DNA from: Paramecium tetraurelia
Lineage: Eukaryota
Assembly: GCA_000165425.1 (NCBI GenBank)
Contig: CT868649.1
Span: 124,001 to 188,000, forward strand
DNA length: 64,000 nt
Reading direction: 5' to 3'
Shown piece after piece: positions 25,546 through 40,055 of this stretch. The translations under genes and the position numbers were made by a program. The notes under the pieces are model-generated. The model did not search any database. It worked only from the letters and a program-made list of their open reading frames with translations, and was not told the DNA's origin. Positions within the stretch are counted from its first letter, which is position 1. Each line of letters starts with the position of its first letter.

Positions 25546-26491
25546 ATGGCTGCAATTTCAACATTGAGATTCATCGGTAAATTTATATTTTCACATTCGA
25601 ATCCCAAGGATCCAAAATATGGTAAGGTTGTGCATCCATTATTTTGCTTTCTGATAAGTTCAGTGAGTTACATGTATGGAAGCATAAAACTGGAAAGTTA
25701 AAATAAAGAGGGAATAGAAGATGTAATTGAAATTTTAAATTAGTTTTAAGAATCACAAAATACAAGAAACTTAATTGCATTAGGAATCCTATTCTATGTG
25801 TTGCTAATTGTAATTGCTAGATTCGGTTAAGCAAAATTCACAATATTTTATGAATTAATGTGGGCTTGCAATTTGAGTTTAATTAGTTCTGCATATGCAT
25901 TCTGGAAGTATAATCGATGAATAATTAGAAATAAACCATTGATATTGGCAGCCAGCATGATATTGGTGTCTATCGATTAAGTGTTGTGGTACGTGGATTT
26001 ATTGGCATATTCTTTATTTAAAGTTTGGCCTATTGGAGTGGCAAAGTATTTGAATTAATTCCATCTATGTAGATATTTGACATGGCCATCAACTACGAAG
26101 TTGAGATTGCTAACCTCCTTTCATCATATATTTTATTTGCCACTCTGCTTGTACTTCCTAAGAAATCAGTAAGGAATCCCAATGTCAGCATGGCAAATAA
26201 GCATAGGCATGAGCACAATTCTGACTATAGTTTCAAGGTTTGATCTATAATGTATATTCTAGACTATTGACTCCGAAATCAATAATGTTGAAGGGACAGA
26301 AAGAAGAAATCTATTTGAATTTAAACTTATCAAGACAATTGTGGAAAGACATCCCGTTTAAAATCTTAACTATAGCTGATGACAAACCATGGTACTTGGC
26401 TTTACCTTTTTTGAGTTTTATGTGGAATTCTGGCAATTATATTCTTGGGTATCAATTATTAAACAGAATATCGAAATATATGAATTAATGA
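25546..26491 (+). CDS. Multipass membrane protein of unknown function
   Basis: Several hydrophobic helices; motifs ELMWACNLSL, DQVLWYVD, GVAKYL, LLTSFHHIFYLPL; tiny introns. Confidence 0.75.
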
Positions 26492-26611
26492 TGAATATTA
26501 TGATTTGTAATTTATTATTAATTTTATATACAATATTTAGAAATCCAGATATTATTTGTCTATTAGTACTATGATTTTTTGATAAATACAACCATAAATA
26601 ATAAAAGAGAA

Positions 26612-27817
26612 ATGATGAGTGATTCAGATTCAGATGACTATGAAGTCAATAATTTCATCCAATCATTTAATAACAAATAAAGAAAAGAGGGAATCGATCA
26701 TTTTAATCCTTACAAATAGAATGGTTCTATGATGGATGACAAATACGGAAAACAATATCACAACATACAGGACAAGTTCAATCCTAAATATCCATTAATG
26801 AATGGAAAGGACTTTGATCACAGAATCGAAAAAAAGAAGATTAATTCATATTGGACTATTGGTGAAGATGTACTTCTCTTGTAATTGGTTGAACGCTTCA
26901 AAACAGAAGATTGGAAACTCATCTCAGATAAGATAAAAACCAAGGATCATATCGAATGTTCAAGAAGGTACACAATGATAAGAGAACCAGAAGAATTCGA
27001 AGATGAAGAAGAAGAAATTGATTTAACTTGGACACCAAAAGAAGATTCCCTCTTAATTTTTGCATATCGCAAACATAAAGGAAATTGGGTTAAGATTTAA
27101 TAAAGATTTCCCCATAGAGACAGACCGTCACTTTAAAAAAGATGGTCTGAAATTGCCTTCATCTAACAATAAGCACCTACCATCTTCTGGGACATTGAAA
27201 GAGACACACGGATTATTTCTAATTTCTTGAATTCTGCTAAATATAATGATATTGCTTCGGATTTAAGTATTCAAGAGGAATCAATTGAAAATAGATTCCA
27301 TTTCATGGTTGCCAAATTGAGTGGCTAACTAGAAAAAAAAGGAGTTAAAGTAGAATTGCCCAAAAAGGTATTCGATTCCGTTTAATTTACTGAAGCTTAA
27401 GGATAATTAGCACTGCAAACTAAGTAATAAACTGTCGATATTCCAAATGAGTAACATCAACATTAATAAAGTGACAAATTTACTATTGATAATATTTTGA
27501 ATGATTAAAAACATTAGGAAACTAATGGTGGAATAAATAGTAAGATAGAAAATCAAACCAAGTTTGAATTGCCTGTTCAACAAACACAAATTTTGACTCA
27601 TTTCAACGATTAGATTAAAGTGAATGATGAATAAATAACTTAAAACAATCACTAAGATACTTAACAGACATAAGAAGAATAAAAATTAGTAGAACAAAAG
27701 GAAAGATTATTGATAAACGACACCCTGTTAATGATGAAAAAAAGCTTAGAACAATAGAATTAGCATTTTGATTCCTTGTATGATATCAAAGACTTATTAT
27801 TGTAAAATGTAATATGA
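26612..27817 (+). CDS. Myb/SANT-domain protein with coiled-coil tail
   Basis: YWTIGEDVLLLQLVERFKTEDWKLIS...ECSRRY; TWTPKEDSLLIFAYRKHKGNWVKI...LQKRW; intronless 402 codons. Confidence 0.85.
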
Positions 27818-27942
27818 TTGAGCCTTATTCATTTTGATCTATTAAATATTTTTAATTCATACATCGCAACAACATATACATGAATGTCTTACTATAACAT
27901 TTTTTATGTTTAATTTATTTTTCAATAATAAAATTATATAAA

Positions 27943-28661
27943 ATGTGGAACTTCACACCTGCAAGTAAAATTTGTTAGGTTAAATCCTAAATGAAAGTAT
28001 TAAATATTAATTACTCCTTAGTCCTATGACTAACATTTAAACAGCGTTAGAAATGCAAAATCTATTGTCAAAACTAATAGTCCATATAAACCTTATTTTT
28101 TGTCAGTCTGCTCTAGACACTAAAATAAATATGAGTATGCTTTATTATTATTTACTTATGATTTAGAGGTAAAAAGAAATAAATCAATGCAATTCTATAC
28201 TAATTAGCAAGATTGTTAATATTGATTTAAAATAAGGAGAATTAAATAAGTCAAAATTGAGATAAAAATTCAAATTGAATTCTAGCAGGTTATCAACTAG
28301 AAGAAGCCAAAATTTATCAATAGATTTCGAAAATATTGTAAATATATATAATTATTAAAGAAACTGTATGATAGGATATAATCAGCCAAAACTTCATATA
28401 ATAAAAAGTAATAACTTAGGCATAGTTCTGAATACGAACGATATAGCAAAAATATTTCTTAAAATGCCAGTAATTATTATTCTTTATTCAAATTTAGGAA
28501 GGTATTCAAATGCTAATATTTCAAATTAAACATTATCGAAGTCCTTTGAATCTAAATCTAGAAGGGTTAAAGATAGATCCTCTTCTAATACTAACTAGCA
28601 TCAATACTCAGATTATAGTAATAGCCATCCTGATAATTAAGTTATTTAATTTTTATTTTGA
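27943..28661 (+). CDS. CFAP97/KIAA1430-like cilia-associated protein (tentative)
   Basis: MWNFTPASKICQ...SYDQHLNSVRNAKSIVKTNSP, basic helical composition, four tiny introns. Confidence 0.5.
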
Positions 28662-28699
28662 TTTAAAAATGGCTTATTAAATATATTGTTTATAGCATA

Positions 28700-29833
28700 G
28701 AATGGAAGTAGAAAGTCATTTGCATATGGAATTATAAAATGTTATAATATATCCTTCCTTAAAAAGAGAATGATGTAATGAAATAAATTGTTTTGATAAT
28801 TAAAATTAATAAAATTAAGTTCTGTTTTTTTTATCTAAAATGCATAAGAATTTAATAAATCTATATTCAAAATTAAAAAGCTAATAATTTTTTGATACAC
28901 CATAGTCTACAATTGCCATCTTGGTTTTCATCATAGAAATTAAGTAGGATGTGGATCTTTATTTATATTATCTAATTATCTGTAAATGAACTAGAAAGAA
29001 TTTGAGATATTGTTTCAAAAGTATCAAAATTGCAACAAAATTACTCGTTTTTACCATTTAATTTCAATTATATTTGTAGTTCTAAGTATTTTAAAGATAT
29101 ACTTTGCTCTTCTTTTATTTAAGATATCTATGAAAGATCTGAATGGTTAATTTCACATTAATTCTCGGTTTCTAATTCAGCCTCACTAACATGTTACTCT
29201 GGAATAAATTAATTTAATTATTCTTATGTTTATTTATCTTTTTCTTTAGTTTGTTCGATACTCATTTATTACTAAACAATTTTGGCCTTTATTTCGTTAG
29301 TTGTTGTATTTTCTAGTTTTAATTTTAATTTTTCAGCCTTTTTAGAAATTTTAGTAATTTTTTTCTTTGTTTGTACATAATGAGAAATAAGAGTTGCTGT
29401 TTCATTATTTTTTTCAAGGGATTTAACTCTAAAATAGATTTTTTTCGTCTATTAGTAAATGTACTTGATGATAAATAATAACTACAAATAAATTTGTATT
29501 ATATTGAGTGTTTTTGGTAGTAGATAGCTAGTTTAATTATAAATTTACTTGAAATTTTACATTATAACTGATATCCCAAAGAATAATGAAGAAATTATAT
29601 TAAGTTTATTCTTCCAATCTATTAAGAATAATATTAATATTCCAACTGCCAAATTTATCATCTAGATAGATATCAGAATCAATTACTTTATTAGTGGGAA
29701 ATATTGAAGCTAGTGAAGGATGTTACATCATCAAGTTAGAATCATTAAATTCAAAGGGTTGATTTTCATATATTTGTAATAGTGAATTCAAAGTGAGTAT
29801 TGAAACAACGATTCTACTGGATGAGTGAGACAT
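28700..29833 (-). CDS. Hypothetical coiled-coil protein (3' end uncertain)
   Basis: MSHSSSRIVVSILTL...; K/Q/E-rich frame around 29100-29450; terminal frame ambiguous. Confidence 0.4.
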
Positions 29834-30004
29834 TAATTAAATAATATAAGTATTGAGAACCAATTATTAGAAATTTGAGATTTATCGAATTAAATCAATA
29901 AAATAATAAAATGAATCAAAGAGTTTGTTTGCATGAACACGAACCCCCCATAAAATCATTGTTTAATTTTTCATCCTTTATAATAATATTGTTTTATATG
30001 TGCG

Positions 30005-31362
30005 TCAAAAATTTAGTATTATAAACAAAAAGTACAATATATTTGCATATCTATTGGCAATTGATTAAGAAGCTAATTTTGCACAAGGCTAATTATTTGG
30101 CCAATAAACATCGTCAATCAGAACCACTTAATCTTCATCTCCTTTATTTCTTTGTTGAGCCTCTATCCATTTATTTAAAGTTTAGGATATGGTTTTGCCA
30201 GATTTCTCAGGGATTGACCAATTGATAGAAAACGAGGCAGAATTCAGAAAAAGGCTAAAAACAAATTTTAATAAAATCTAAGAATACCAATTAGAGATAC
30301 AACTTGGAGCAAATGATCCCATTCTCCTATTCGCTGATGTTTTGTTCTTGATTGTTGATTAAAATTAAGAGTAAGCAAAGTCAATATAATCTTTCTCAAT
30401 AGTCGAACAGTAACTTAAAGTCCTATCTTTGATGCATTCTATTTTTAAATAATCTTATAAGAACGCAGCATCATACAAAGATTAAATTATAAAGACAGGT
30501 TTAGTAATATGGTTTAACAAATTTTAAAAATAAAAACACTTCCAGCTTTAATTTGGATAATTTTTAGCGCAACTGTCAATAGGAACTTCAGATTCAACAT
30601 TAACTACGTAGTTCATTATTTTTAAGGATTATTTTAGCAATTCACTCCCATCTATAGAGTGCATATCAATAAGTATTCCAGAATCCGCAATACAAAGTAA
30701 AGACACACTGATTGGTATCATTTAAGTAATATGTTAGGACCATTATAAAGCAGCGACTGCCCCAATTGAGCATCCAGACAAAATAATAACTTCAGAACTT
30801 TACAATTGAGTACTATACTTTGCAATAACACTTTTGATAATTAATTCACCACGAAAATAGATCTGCTTTTATTAGTAATTAACAACGTCTTATCTATAGC
30901 CTTAATGACCTAAAATAATCAACAAATTTTCTTAACCAGTCCCATCGCAAGAATTTATATATATGATGTTCCAATTATAAAAGTTGATATTTTAACTTTA
31001 ATTTTAAGATAATAAACCATCGAAATCAAATGACAGAGCTCTATTCAATGAACTTCCATATTATGTCCCCTGTCTTAATAGGAGTAAAATTTACTTAATA
31101 ATCGCATTTCTAAAATATTCATCTTCACTGCTGCCTAATATAAGACTATATTATATAAATATGTTAATACTCTCCTCCTTCAAAATGGATCAAAAACTTA
31201 TTTTTACCTTCCATGTATCCTTTCTGAAAATAAAAGGACTAGAATATCTAATAAAAGCCTTACACCTAGTGATCCATCAAGACATAATGCTTGATCATTA
31301 TTTACATATTGTAATTCAAGCGAATAACAGCATTACAGTAACATTACACCCATGAAAAACAT
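30005..31362 (-). CDS. Pectin acetylesterase/Notum-family protein with signal peptide and GPI-like tail
   Basis: ALCLDGS, IHFEGG, NSCDG, YFRG, LSGCSIGA, IADSG, QSLYD, FAPSCISNC, DDVYWPNNQPC; hydrophobic end ANILYFLFIILNF*. Confidence 0.85.
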
Positions 31363-32193
31363 TAATTAATTTAATTAAATTATACGCGTAATTTATTTAT
31401 CTGATTGTTGTATCTTTAAAATAGATTTACATTCATTAAGCATGACACTCAAAAATAAAATCAGTTATAAAGTTAAGTTCAAGGAATCTTTCGCAGATAA
31501 TGTTACTAAATATTCATACATAATTAGCTTCTTAATTTTATTTCAATCTTTAGTGTCTAAACTTGAATTATTAAAGCCTTCTAATTTCAATTTAATTATT
31601 TAAGTTGGATTTACATTCCAATATATTGATTGATCTATTCAGATTTCTAAATAAATTGTTATACAAGAAAGAGACTTATCTAAGCTCTTAAGGATTATTA
31701 AATGGAAAATATAGATTTTATACTAGCATCAAAATATTCTTAATTTAGATGAGAGATTATAATGATCTTATAAAAATTATCTTTTATTATAATAATATTA
31801 AATAAATTATCCATCATAATCGGTATTGATCTTGGCTATGATTAATTATAAATCATTTTTGTCTAGTGTTTTATTATATCATTTAATTATATAAATTTGT
31901 TAAAGCCTTCAATTAATTCAGTTTTAATAAATACATTTTCTTATTTTAATATTTGATGTAATCTTCAATTTTGAACAATAAGATGAATATGATAGCTATG
32001 TGATGGGAATAGGGATGAGAAATCAAATTTAGAATCACGATATCAAAACATAAAATTGATATCTCACGTTTCTAGCTGTGTATTTATAGTGTTATTAGAA
32101 TATATATAAGTGATAAAACTTTTAATTATGATGAATAAGCATAGCTAGCAATAACGATTAAATTTGCAATTTTAATGTACATAATTCATCCAT

Positions 32194-32431
32194 TCATCTT
32201 AATCTTCTAGCTTCTCTTTCGCATTCCATAAGCTCTAAGGTGTCTCCCTTTCTAACTGGACCCATAACATTTCTAATTAATGTTCTTTATTATCCAACCA
32301 ATTAAACTTTAACTTATGTAATACCACCTCTAGATCCTATACAATTTATTATAAATTTTGTTACCTGTTCTTCCGATAATTTCAATAACAGTTGCTCTAG
32401 TTCCTTCAACTCTGTCTTTAGTGGAGTCCAT
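32194..32431 (-). CDS. RPS28: 40S ribosomal protein S28 (eS28)
   Basis: IIGRTG[intron]SRGGITQVKVQL...[30 protein letters not shown]. Confidence 0.97.
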
Positions 32432-32635
32432 AGTTTTGTTTGTTAATTTTTAATTAAATGATTTTAGAATTTATGATCAAATGCATTCATTATATATTAA
32501 TTATATAAGAATTAAAAAAAGAGTTGGAAATGGATCAACAGAATGTAATCTCCAAAATGAAGAGGAAATTTCTAATTATTTCTTATATTTTAATGAGACT
32601 TGCAGACTTATATTTTAAGATTTAATTTATTAAAA

Positions 32636-33527
32636 ATGTCAGAAACTTCAATTTCTCCACTTGACTTCTATGAGCTTAAACACGTTAGAACTATAAAAGA
32701 TAACACATAAGCCCAAAGGATTCAAAAGAAAAAAACTCTATTGTATTAGAATAAAGAGATGTTAGAAAAGGAATATTAGATTTTAAATCAAAGCTGCAAT
32801 TGTTCTGACTGTGGCAAAGGCAGCAAATATTTCGAGATCATTAAAAAACAATATCCTTTTAAGGAATCAAGGTATTAGTATATAAAATCAAAAGATGGCA
32901 GAAACGAAAAAGAATATTAAAGAGATTTAAAGCTGTAATTAACGCAATAATCTTCATCCTCACATATAAAATGGAAGCAATTAAGAAGTTCAGAAAGAGA
33001 ATGCATCTTCTAAAGGCTGTTCGAAATTTGACAACTCTAAGAAAGCCTTAGCCAATTGTTCCAGCCCATTTACAACCTCAACCTGTCCTTCTAATTCCTT
33101 AATCACATCAGTCACAAAGGTACCATAATTATTAAATCCTTAAAGAGTAAAAACAGCTTCTGATTTTCATGATCCTTTCTATCCTTAAATTTTAAGTCAT
33201 GGTAAAGAGCCAAGAAAAAGTCAAATAACCTAGTATATGACAAAAATGTTAAAAGATACCAATCCCAAATTAGAAGTTTATCTTAAACCTTTGAGCATTT
33301 TTAATCGTAAGTCATTTCAGTCATCAAATGCTAAATCGATAACCTAAACTTCATTTTCGCCTCATACTCACTCTCATTTTTAATCAGGTTTATTACCGCA
33401 AAGTCATTTTCATAAAGACTCAATTAAATAAATTAGCAAAGATTACTACAAATTGAACAATAAAGATCTATTAAAACTAATAGATTCGATGAAAGTTAAA
33501 CATAGGTTGATTAAATGTAAAAAATGA
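32636..33527 (+). CDS. Hypothetical basic protein
   Basis: MSETSISPLDFYELKH...CNCSDCG...RFKAVINAIIF; tiny intron near 32872; TGA at 33525-33527. Confidence 0.65.
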
Positions 33528-33722
33528 TTATAAGATAAAATATTTGTTAAGTTGATTATTTTAATTCAAATGGAGATCCTTTCAATTGGTGGTCAAGGTT
33601 TCCTTCATGTTGAATATATTTTATATTAATTGGATATTGAAAATATTTTAATTAATAGTTAGTAATTTTCTAATTTAAGAAATAGTACAGTGTTTAGAAA
33701 ATATAAGAATAAATATAATTAA

Positions 33723-34672
33723 TCAAAATAGGATACCAATCTCAGGCTTAATGATTCCATCATAAAAGCAAAAATACTAAAATTTTAAAGTGTTTTTATT
33801 CACATTTTCATTGTAATCATATTTGGTTTCTACCATTCTCTATATACTCAGCTGGGCTTACCATATACATTACCAAGGATTATTTAATATAGTTTTTTAA
33901 AAGATTTTATCTTGACTTATAAATTCTACCTACTTAAATTATTATATTACAATCCTAAGTTGAATTATAACTAGTGTAATTTTCTCTCATTTTTGCAATT
34001 GATGAGATAACTATTTAGACTCCCTTCTTTTCTTTGAGTAAGGCCAAGAGCTATTGAAGTTCTTGCAATTAATTTTCAATTACATTCATCTGTGCTGTTT
34101 GATATAGTAGAGAACTCAGTCCATCAATTATTATTAAATTATAATCTATTAATCATAGTTGTATTATTACGTTATTCTTGACTCTCTATTAGAATGGAGA
34201 GTAATATAAATAATTCTTTAGGTTATCTCATTTTGATTACTTTAAATTTTTAGTTTGAATATTCTTCATGAATGCTAATATAGAGAATTGGGATATTTTT
34301 TTAAGACATAGTCTCAGCCATGTCTCTTAATATTTGGGACTTAAAACTTAGTGAGGGTCCAATTATTTCTAAAGTCCAAGCTGCTGGCATTAAGTAGTCA
34401 TTTAATTATTTAAACTTGGTGAATTCTAACGGAATAGGTTATGCAGGTTTCTACAGTTGATTGATTTCAAGATTCTTCTTCTTTGTGATTAGATGATATA
34501 AATAATCTTTCTCTTGATATAAGATATCTGATGTTTGTGTGTCCAGAAAAAGCTTTTTATCAAACAGAGCTAGTTACTAATCTAATCATAAATGAGTAAA
34601 ATTACAATTTGAAGCCCCAATTCTATTTAATATAGATTCTAGGGTTTAGAAATTAAATCCGTCTTAATCCAT
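33723..34672 (-). CDS. Divergent RecA/RAD51-family paralog (RAD51D-like) with variant Walker A
   Basis: FTKFKQLNDYL...TLEIIGPSLSFKSQILRDMA...ILYIS...NLIIIDGLSSLL follows the RAD51-paralog motif order (Walker A, LYI strand, Walker B); three tiny introns. Confidence 0.65.
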
Positions 34673-34701
34673 TAATTATTAACGAATTTATTTAGTAAAA
34701 A

Positions 34702-35655
34702 ATGGATCAAGTTTGCCAATTACTCAGAAATCAGACCAGAAATATTTAGAACATAGAAGGAAACAAAGAATCACTTTCATATAGAAGAATTAACTCCCCT
34801 GGACTTCCTAATTCATCTCTGAGGTCAAGCTGCAAGGGAGATAAAAAACGATTAGAAATTGGATTGATCACTGATAGAAAATTAAGTGAAAGTCCAAATT
34901 TCGATAGGATGTTTTCAACTGGAAAGTTTAAATTATAATAGTAGAAGAATAGTGTAGTTGACATTCCATAACCTTAATCTAAAGTTCCAAAGATGGAACC
35001 TCCGGTGAAGAGAAATTTGAGAATGATTGAAAAGCTGGAATCCGATAAGCTTTGTTTAAAGATATATATATCTGAGGAAGATTAAAATTAATTAATATTC
35101 ACAGGGATTAGTAAAGAGAAACTGCAATCGCCCAAATAAAATAAAAAGGCATTAATCAAAAATTTGCAATAGTTATTTTAGAAAGGCATCAAAGATTAAA
35201 ACAAATACATGAAATTAGAATCTTTAGAGAAGCATGTAAACCTTGAGAATCCACAATACTATGGACTCTTAAAAAACAATAATAACAATTCTAGCGAGAG
35301 AGTTATTACTCAAAATAATGAAAGCAAATCAAATTTAGATAGATCACTATCTATTTCGACCATATAGGAATACAAATCGAATACATCCAGCAAAATTAAT
35401 AAGGACATCGAACCTTTAGAATTTGGAACAAACAAATCAAAAAATTAGTATTAAACTCATTCAAACTCGAAATTTTAAAAGGCATAACCATTTGGGACAT
35501 ATAATTTAACAATAAATTTGAAACAGAAATAGAAAGACTGCAAAACATCATCTTAAAATAAAAAGGGACCTTCCCCTTCTTTCTCATAATAACGAAATTC
35601 CCAATAAAAATGTATAAATAAAATGAAATCAAATGCAAAATCATTACATGTATGA
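34702..35655 (+). CDS. Hypothetical low-complexity protein
   Basis: Intronless 318-codon ciliate-code ORF MDQVCQLLRNQTRNIQ...AKSLHV*. Confidence 0.6.
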
Positions 35656-35794
35656 GTGTCACTCTTGATAGAATGAAGTTCATTTTTCAATCATTTACAT
35701 ATTAATTATTTAATTTTATAATTTACTTTTAGTAATGATTACTTAAATGCCAAATTACTTTTGAGTATTATTTATAAATCAAAGATCTAATCAA

Positions 35795-36931
<1,137 letters not shown>

Positions 36932-37489
36932 ATATTTTATATTTATTATGTTAGCCTAGAATAAATTTGATTTTGATACAAAAAGTGAATTTAGTGAAAT
37001 ATTGAAACATTTTTCTCAATTTCCTGTAAATTAGAGAAATTTTAATGCAGTTGTATAAAATTTCTTGTCTTAAATTTTGATAAAATGTTATATAAAAGTC
37101 ACATTTGAGCTTAGCTATTCTATTCTGAGCATTATTATATTTAAATAGGTGTGAATTATATAAGTAGGTGAAATAGGTAAAAGTTTCTTTTGCGTAATCT
37201 ATTGATATTAGTAAAGATATAATTATATTTTAAATTGCAATATGAAATTAGAATAAGTTAGAAGGTTTGACATCATGAATGAAGTTTGTTTACTAATAAA
37301 ATGAGACGAAATCTTTTTAAGATATTTTATAAAAAGTAAAAAAGGTTTAAATATATTTATAAATGTTTATTAGAAAAAGTCCATTATTTCTAGATTAGAT
37401 ATTGAAATACTTTAAAGAAATATATAGATCATCTAATTATGCAAGCTGAAGTGAATAAATATTAAATTATAATAATATATTATACATTT

Positions 37490-39826
37490 TCATTTTTTCA
37501 CCTATTCAGGCTTTTCCTTTTTCTTAAAAGTGATTTCATTAATGATAGCATATTTAAGAGGATCTTAGTCGAATGACTAAAACCATTCAGATATATCCTC
37601 TGTACCTACTCTGTAGCATGAGCCTAATTAAATGCTATAGTTGATCAGATTTCTCCATCTTTCATTGCATGATATTTTATAGATATCACATACAACTATT
37701 AAGGTTTACCTGCATCTAGATAAACTCACATTCATTCTTCTTGCATCACTCAGAAATCCTACTCCCTTTTTTGGGTTTTTTTGATTTTCGCTAATAAACT
37801 TGGATCTAACACTCGAAAAGATGATGACATCTTTTTCTCTTCCTTAGAACCCATCCACTGTTTTAACTTCAACGTTTTCTTCATTCATTTTTTTTAATTA
37901 TTTAGATATCAACCACACTTACTGACTGTAAGGACTTACAATACCTAAATTATTCATATTAAAAGTAGGAAATTTATTTTTCATATCCTTATATAGCTCA
38001 GTCACTACTTTAGCTTCCATCTCATTGCAATAGGAATTTCTAGTGAAATTCTCATAACCTTTAACATGTAACACAACAACAGGACTGTATGTATAATAAT
38101 CATAAAACTTTGGTGTTCCTATCAATCTTTCCAAATATTCATAATCATTTAATTCACTACCATAAAATGTTGTCGAAATGAATTTAGAGATTTTAGCATG
38201 CATACGATATTAGGTCTATTATAAAGATTAAAACATACTTTTAGTAGATGGACATTTGCTCCTTGTTTTTACAATCTCTCAAATAAGCTTTAGTCATATT
38301 TGTATTTTCCACAGATAGAACTAAATATAGTGGCAGGTAATTAATTAGGATCACCAATTAAAATTAATCTTCTGCACCCATATTGCAAAGGTATCAATGT
38401 TGAGATTTCCACTGCTTAAGCTGCTTCATCTATAATGACTGTGTCAAATTTAAGCTCGGATAATGCAAGCACATTAGAACCACTTGACGACAGAGTTCCA
38501 AATATTACTTTAGCTTAATTTAGAATTTCTTTTTTCACTTTGTCTGTATCTTAATTTTATTATTCATACACTCTTTATTAAACCAAACATTCTAAGGAAA
38601 CCTTAGATAAGGTGGGGTCAAAATTTTCACCTATTCTTACTATTGGGACATCAGCTCTCTGACCAGTATCATCCAAAAGTCCTTCTTCAAGTACTTTCCT
38701 AATTATTTCATCTACAGAGGCATTTGAAGGACCACATACTAAAATCTTATTAGGAATTTTTGCTTAAGAATAATCACTTTTGTAGATTGGTTATGGCTTC
38801 TCTTTCTAGAAATCTGAAAGTCTATTAGTAAAATAATTTGATATATCCTATTCTACATCATCAAAGATATGATCTCTCCAATCATCGTAATCTAAAGATT
38901 TCCAAGGTTATGGATATTCTTGATTAAATTCCTATTCTATTTCCAAGCTTGTTTTTTAGACCAAATTTAATTCAGGTCTTTCTTATTTAGATTGCAATAA
39001 CACACTCAGAGTGCCAAGAACCGTTTTAGTCTTACCTGTACCTGGAGGTCCTTAGATTAAAGTGATTCCATGTGTTTTTAATGTTTACTATATTGCTTCA
39101 TATTGACTCGAATTATAAATAGAGTGCAATTTTTAATCAAGTTTATATGGGATTGTGAAATAAGAGTTCACTTTTGGTTGAGCTTCTAAGGACAAAAGAA
39201 TTGATTTAAGCATCAACTCACCAAATTTATGAAGTGCTCTAAATTCCCTTTCTAATGTTGATAAACCAGTCACCTTTCTAATAAAAAAGTTTTTGAGAGA
39301 TTTTTGGTTAGGATTTTATTAATTTATTATCATGTTTTTTTCAAATAGAGCTGCAATTGGTTCAAAGTTATTCTAAACATTTACTCGTATAATATCTTAA
39401 TTATTTTCTATAAGTCCCAATAAACATTGATCACCTTATTTATAAGGGCTGCATGATATTAAGATTAGATCTCTAAAATTTAATTGATCTTTTTATCCAA
39501 TTAGTTAGAAATCTAATTTGGTGAATTCATCTTTTTTATGCTTATCAAACTTATATTCTACATCAGGGTATGTCTAAAAAATTGTGAATATCAAATACTT
39601 CTGTTTGGAATGATTTAACAATGTTTGCTTTTACTTCTTCATAGAAAAGGGGTTTCCAAATCTTTTAATATTCACTTTCATCGCCAAATGAAATTGGTAT
39701 TTTACACAAATAATCAGACTCAATTTATTCATCTTTGGGCACTTCCAGTTGATTAAGCTTTGATGACTCTAATATTTTATTGAAATCTAGTTCCAAAATA
39801 AAATGCTAAAATTTATGCAAGTCCAT
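37490..39826 (-). CDS. Sen1/senataxin-like SF1B (UPF1-family) helicase, ~762 aa
   Basis: [93 protein letters not shown]. Removing two introns (25 and 23 nt) gives an intact frame. Confidence 0.9.
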
Positions 39827-40055
39827 GAATATTAAATAATTTTATTTCTTTCTTAATATAAGTTTTTGAAAATAAAGAAAGAGTAATTTATCATATAAAA
39901 TTCCAATATTCTTGTGATTAGATATATATATTTTATATTCATACTCTCTATCTAGTCAATAATACCATATAATTTTAAATTAAATAAAAATGAATATATT
40001 ATGAATAAGTTATTTCTTCTCAAAGTTATTAATATTTTTGCTTTATAATTTATAA

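Noticed and set aside
31363..32190. Long AT-rich spacer as a possible retained IES or gene
   Set aside because: No convincing TA-bounded terminal inverted consensus and no credible ORF.
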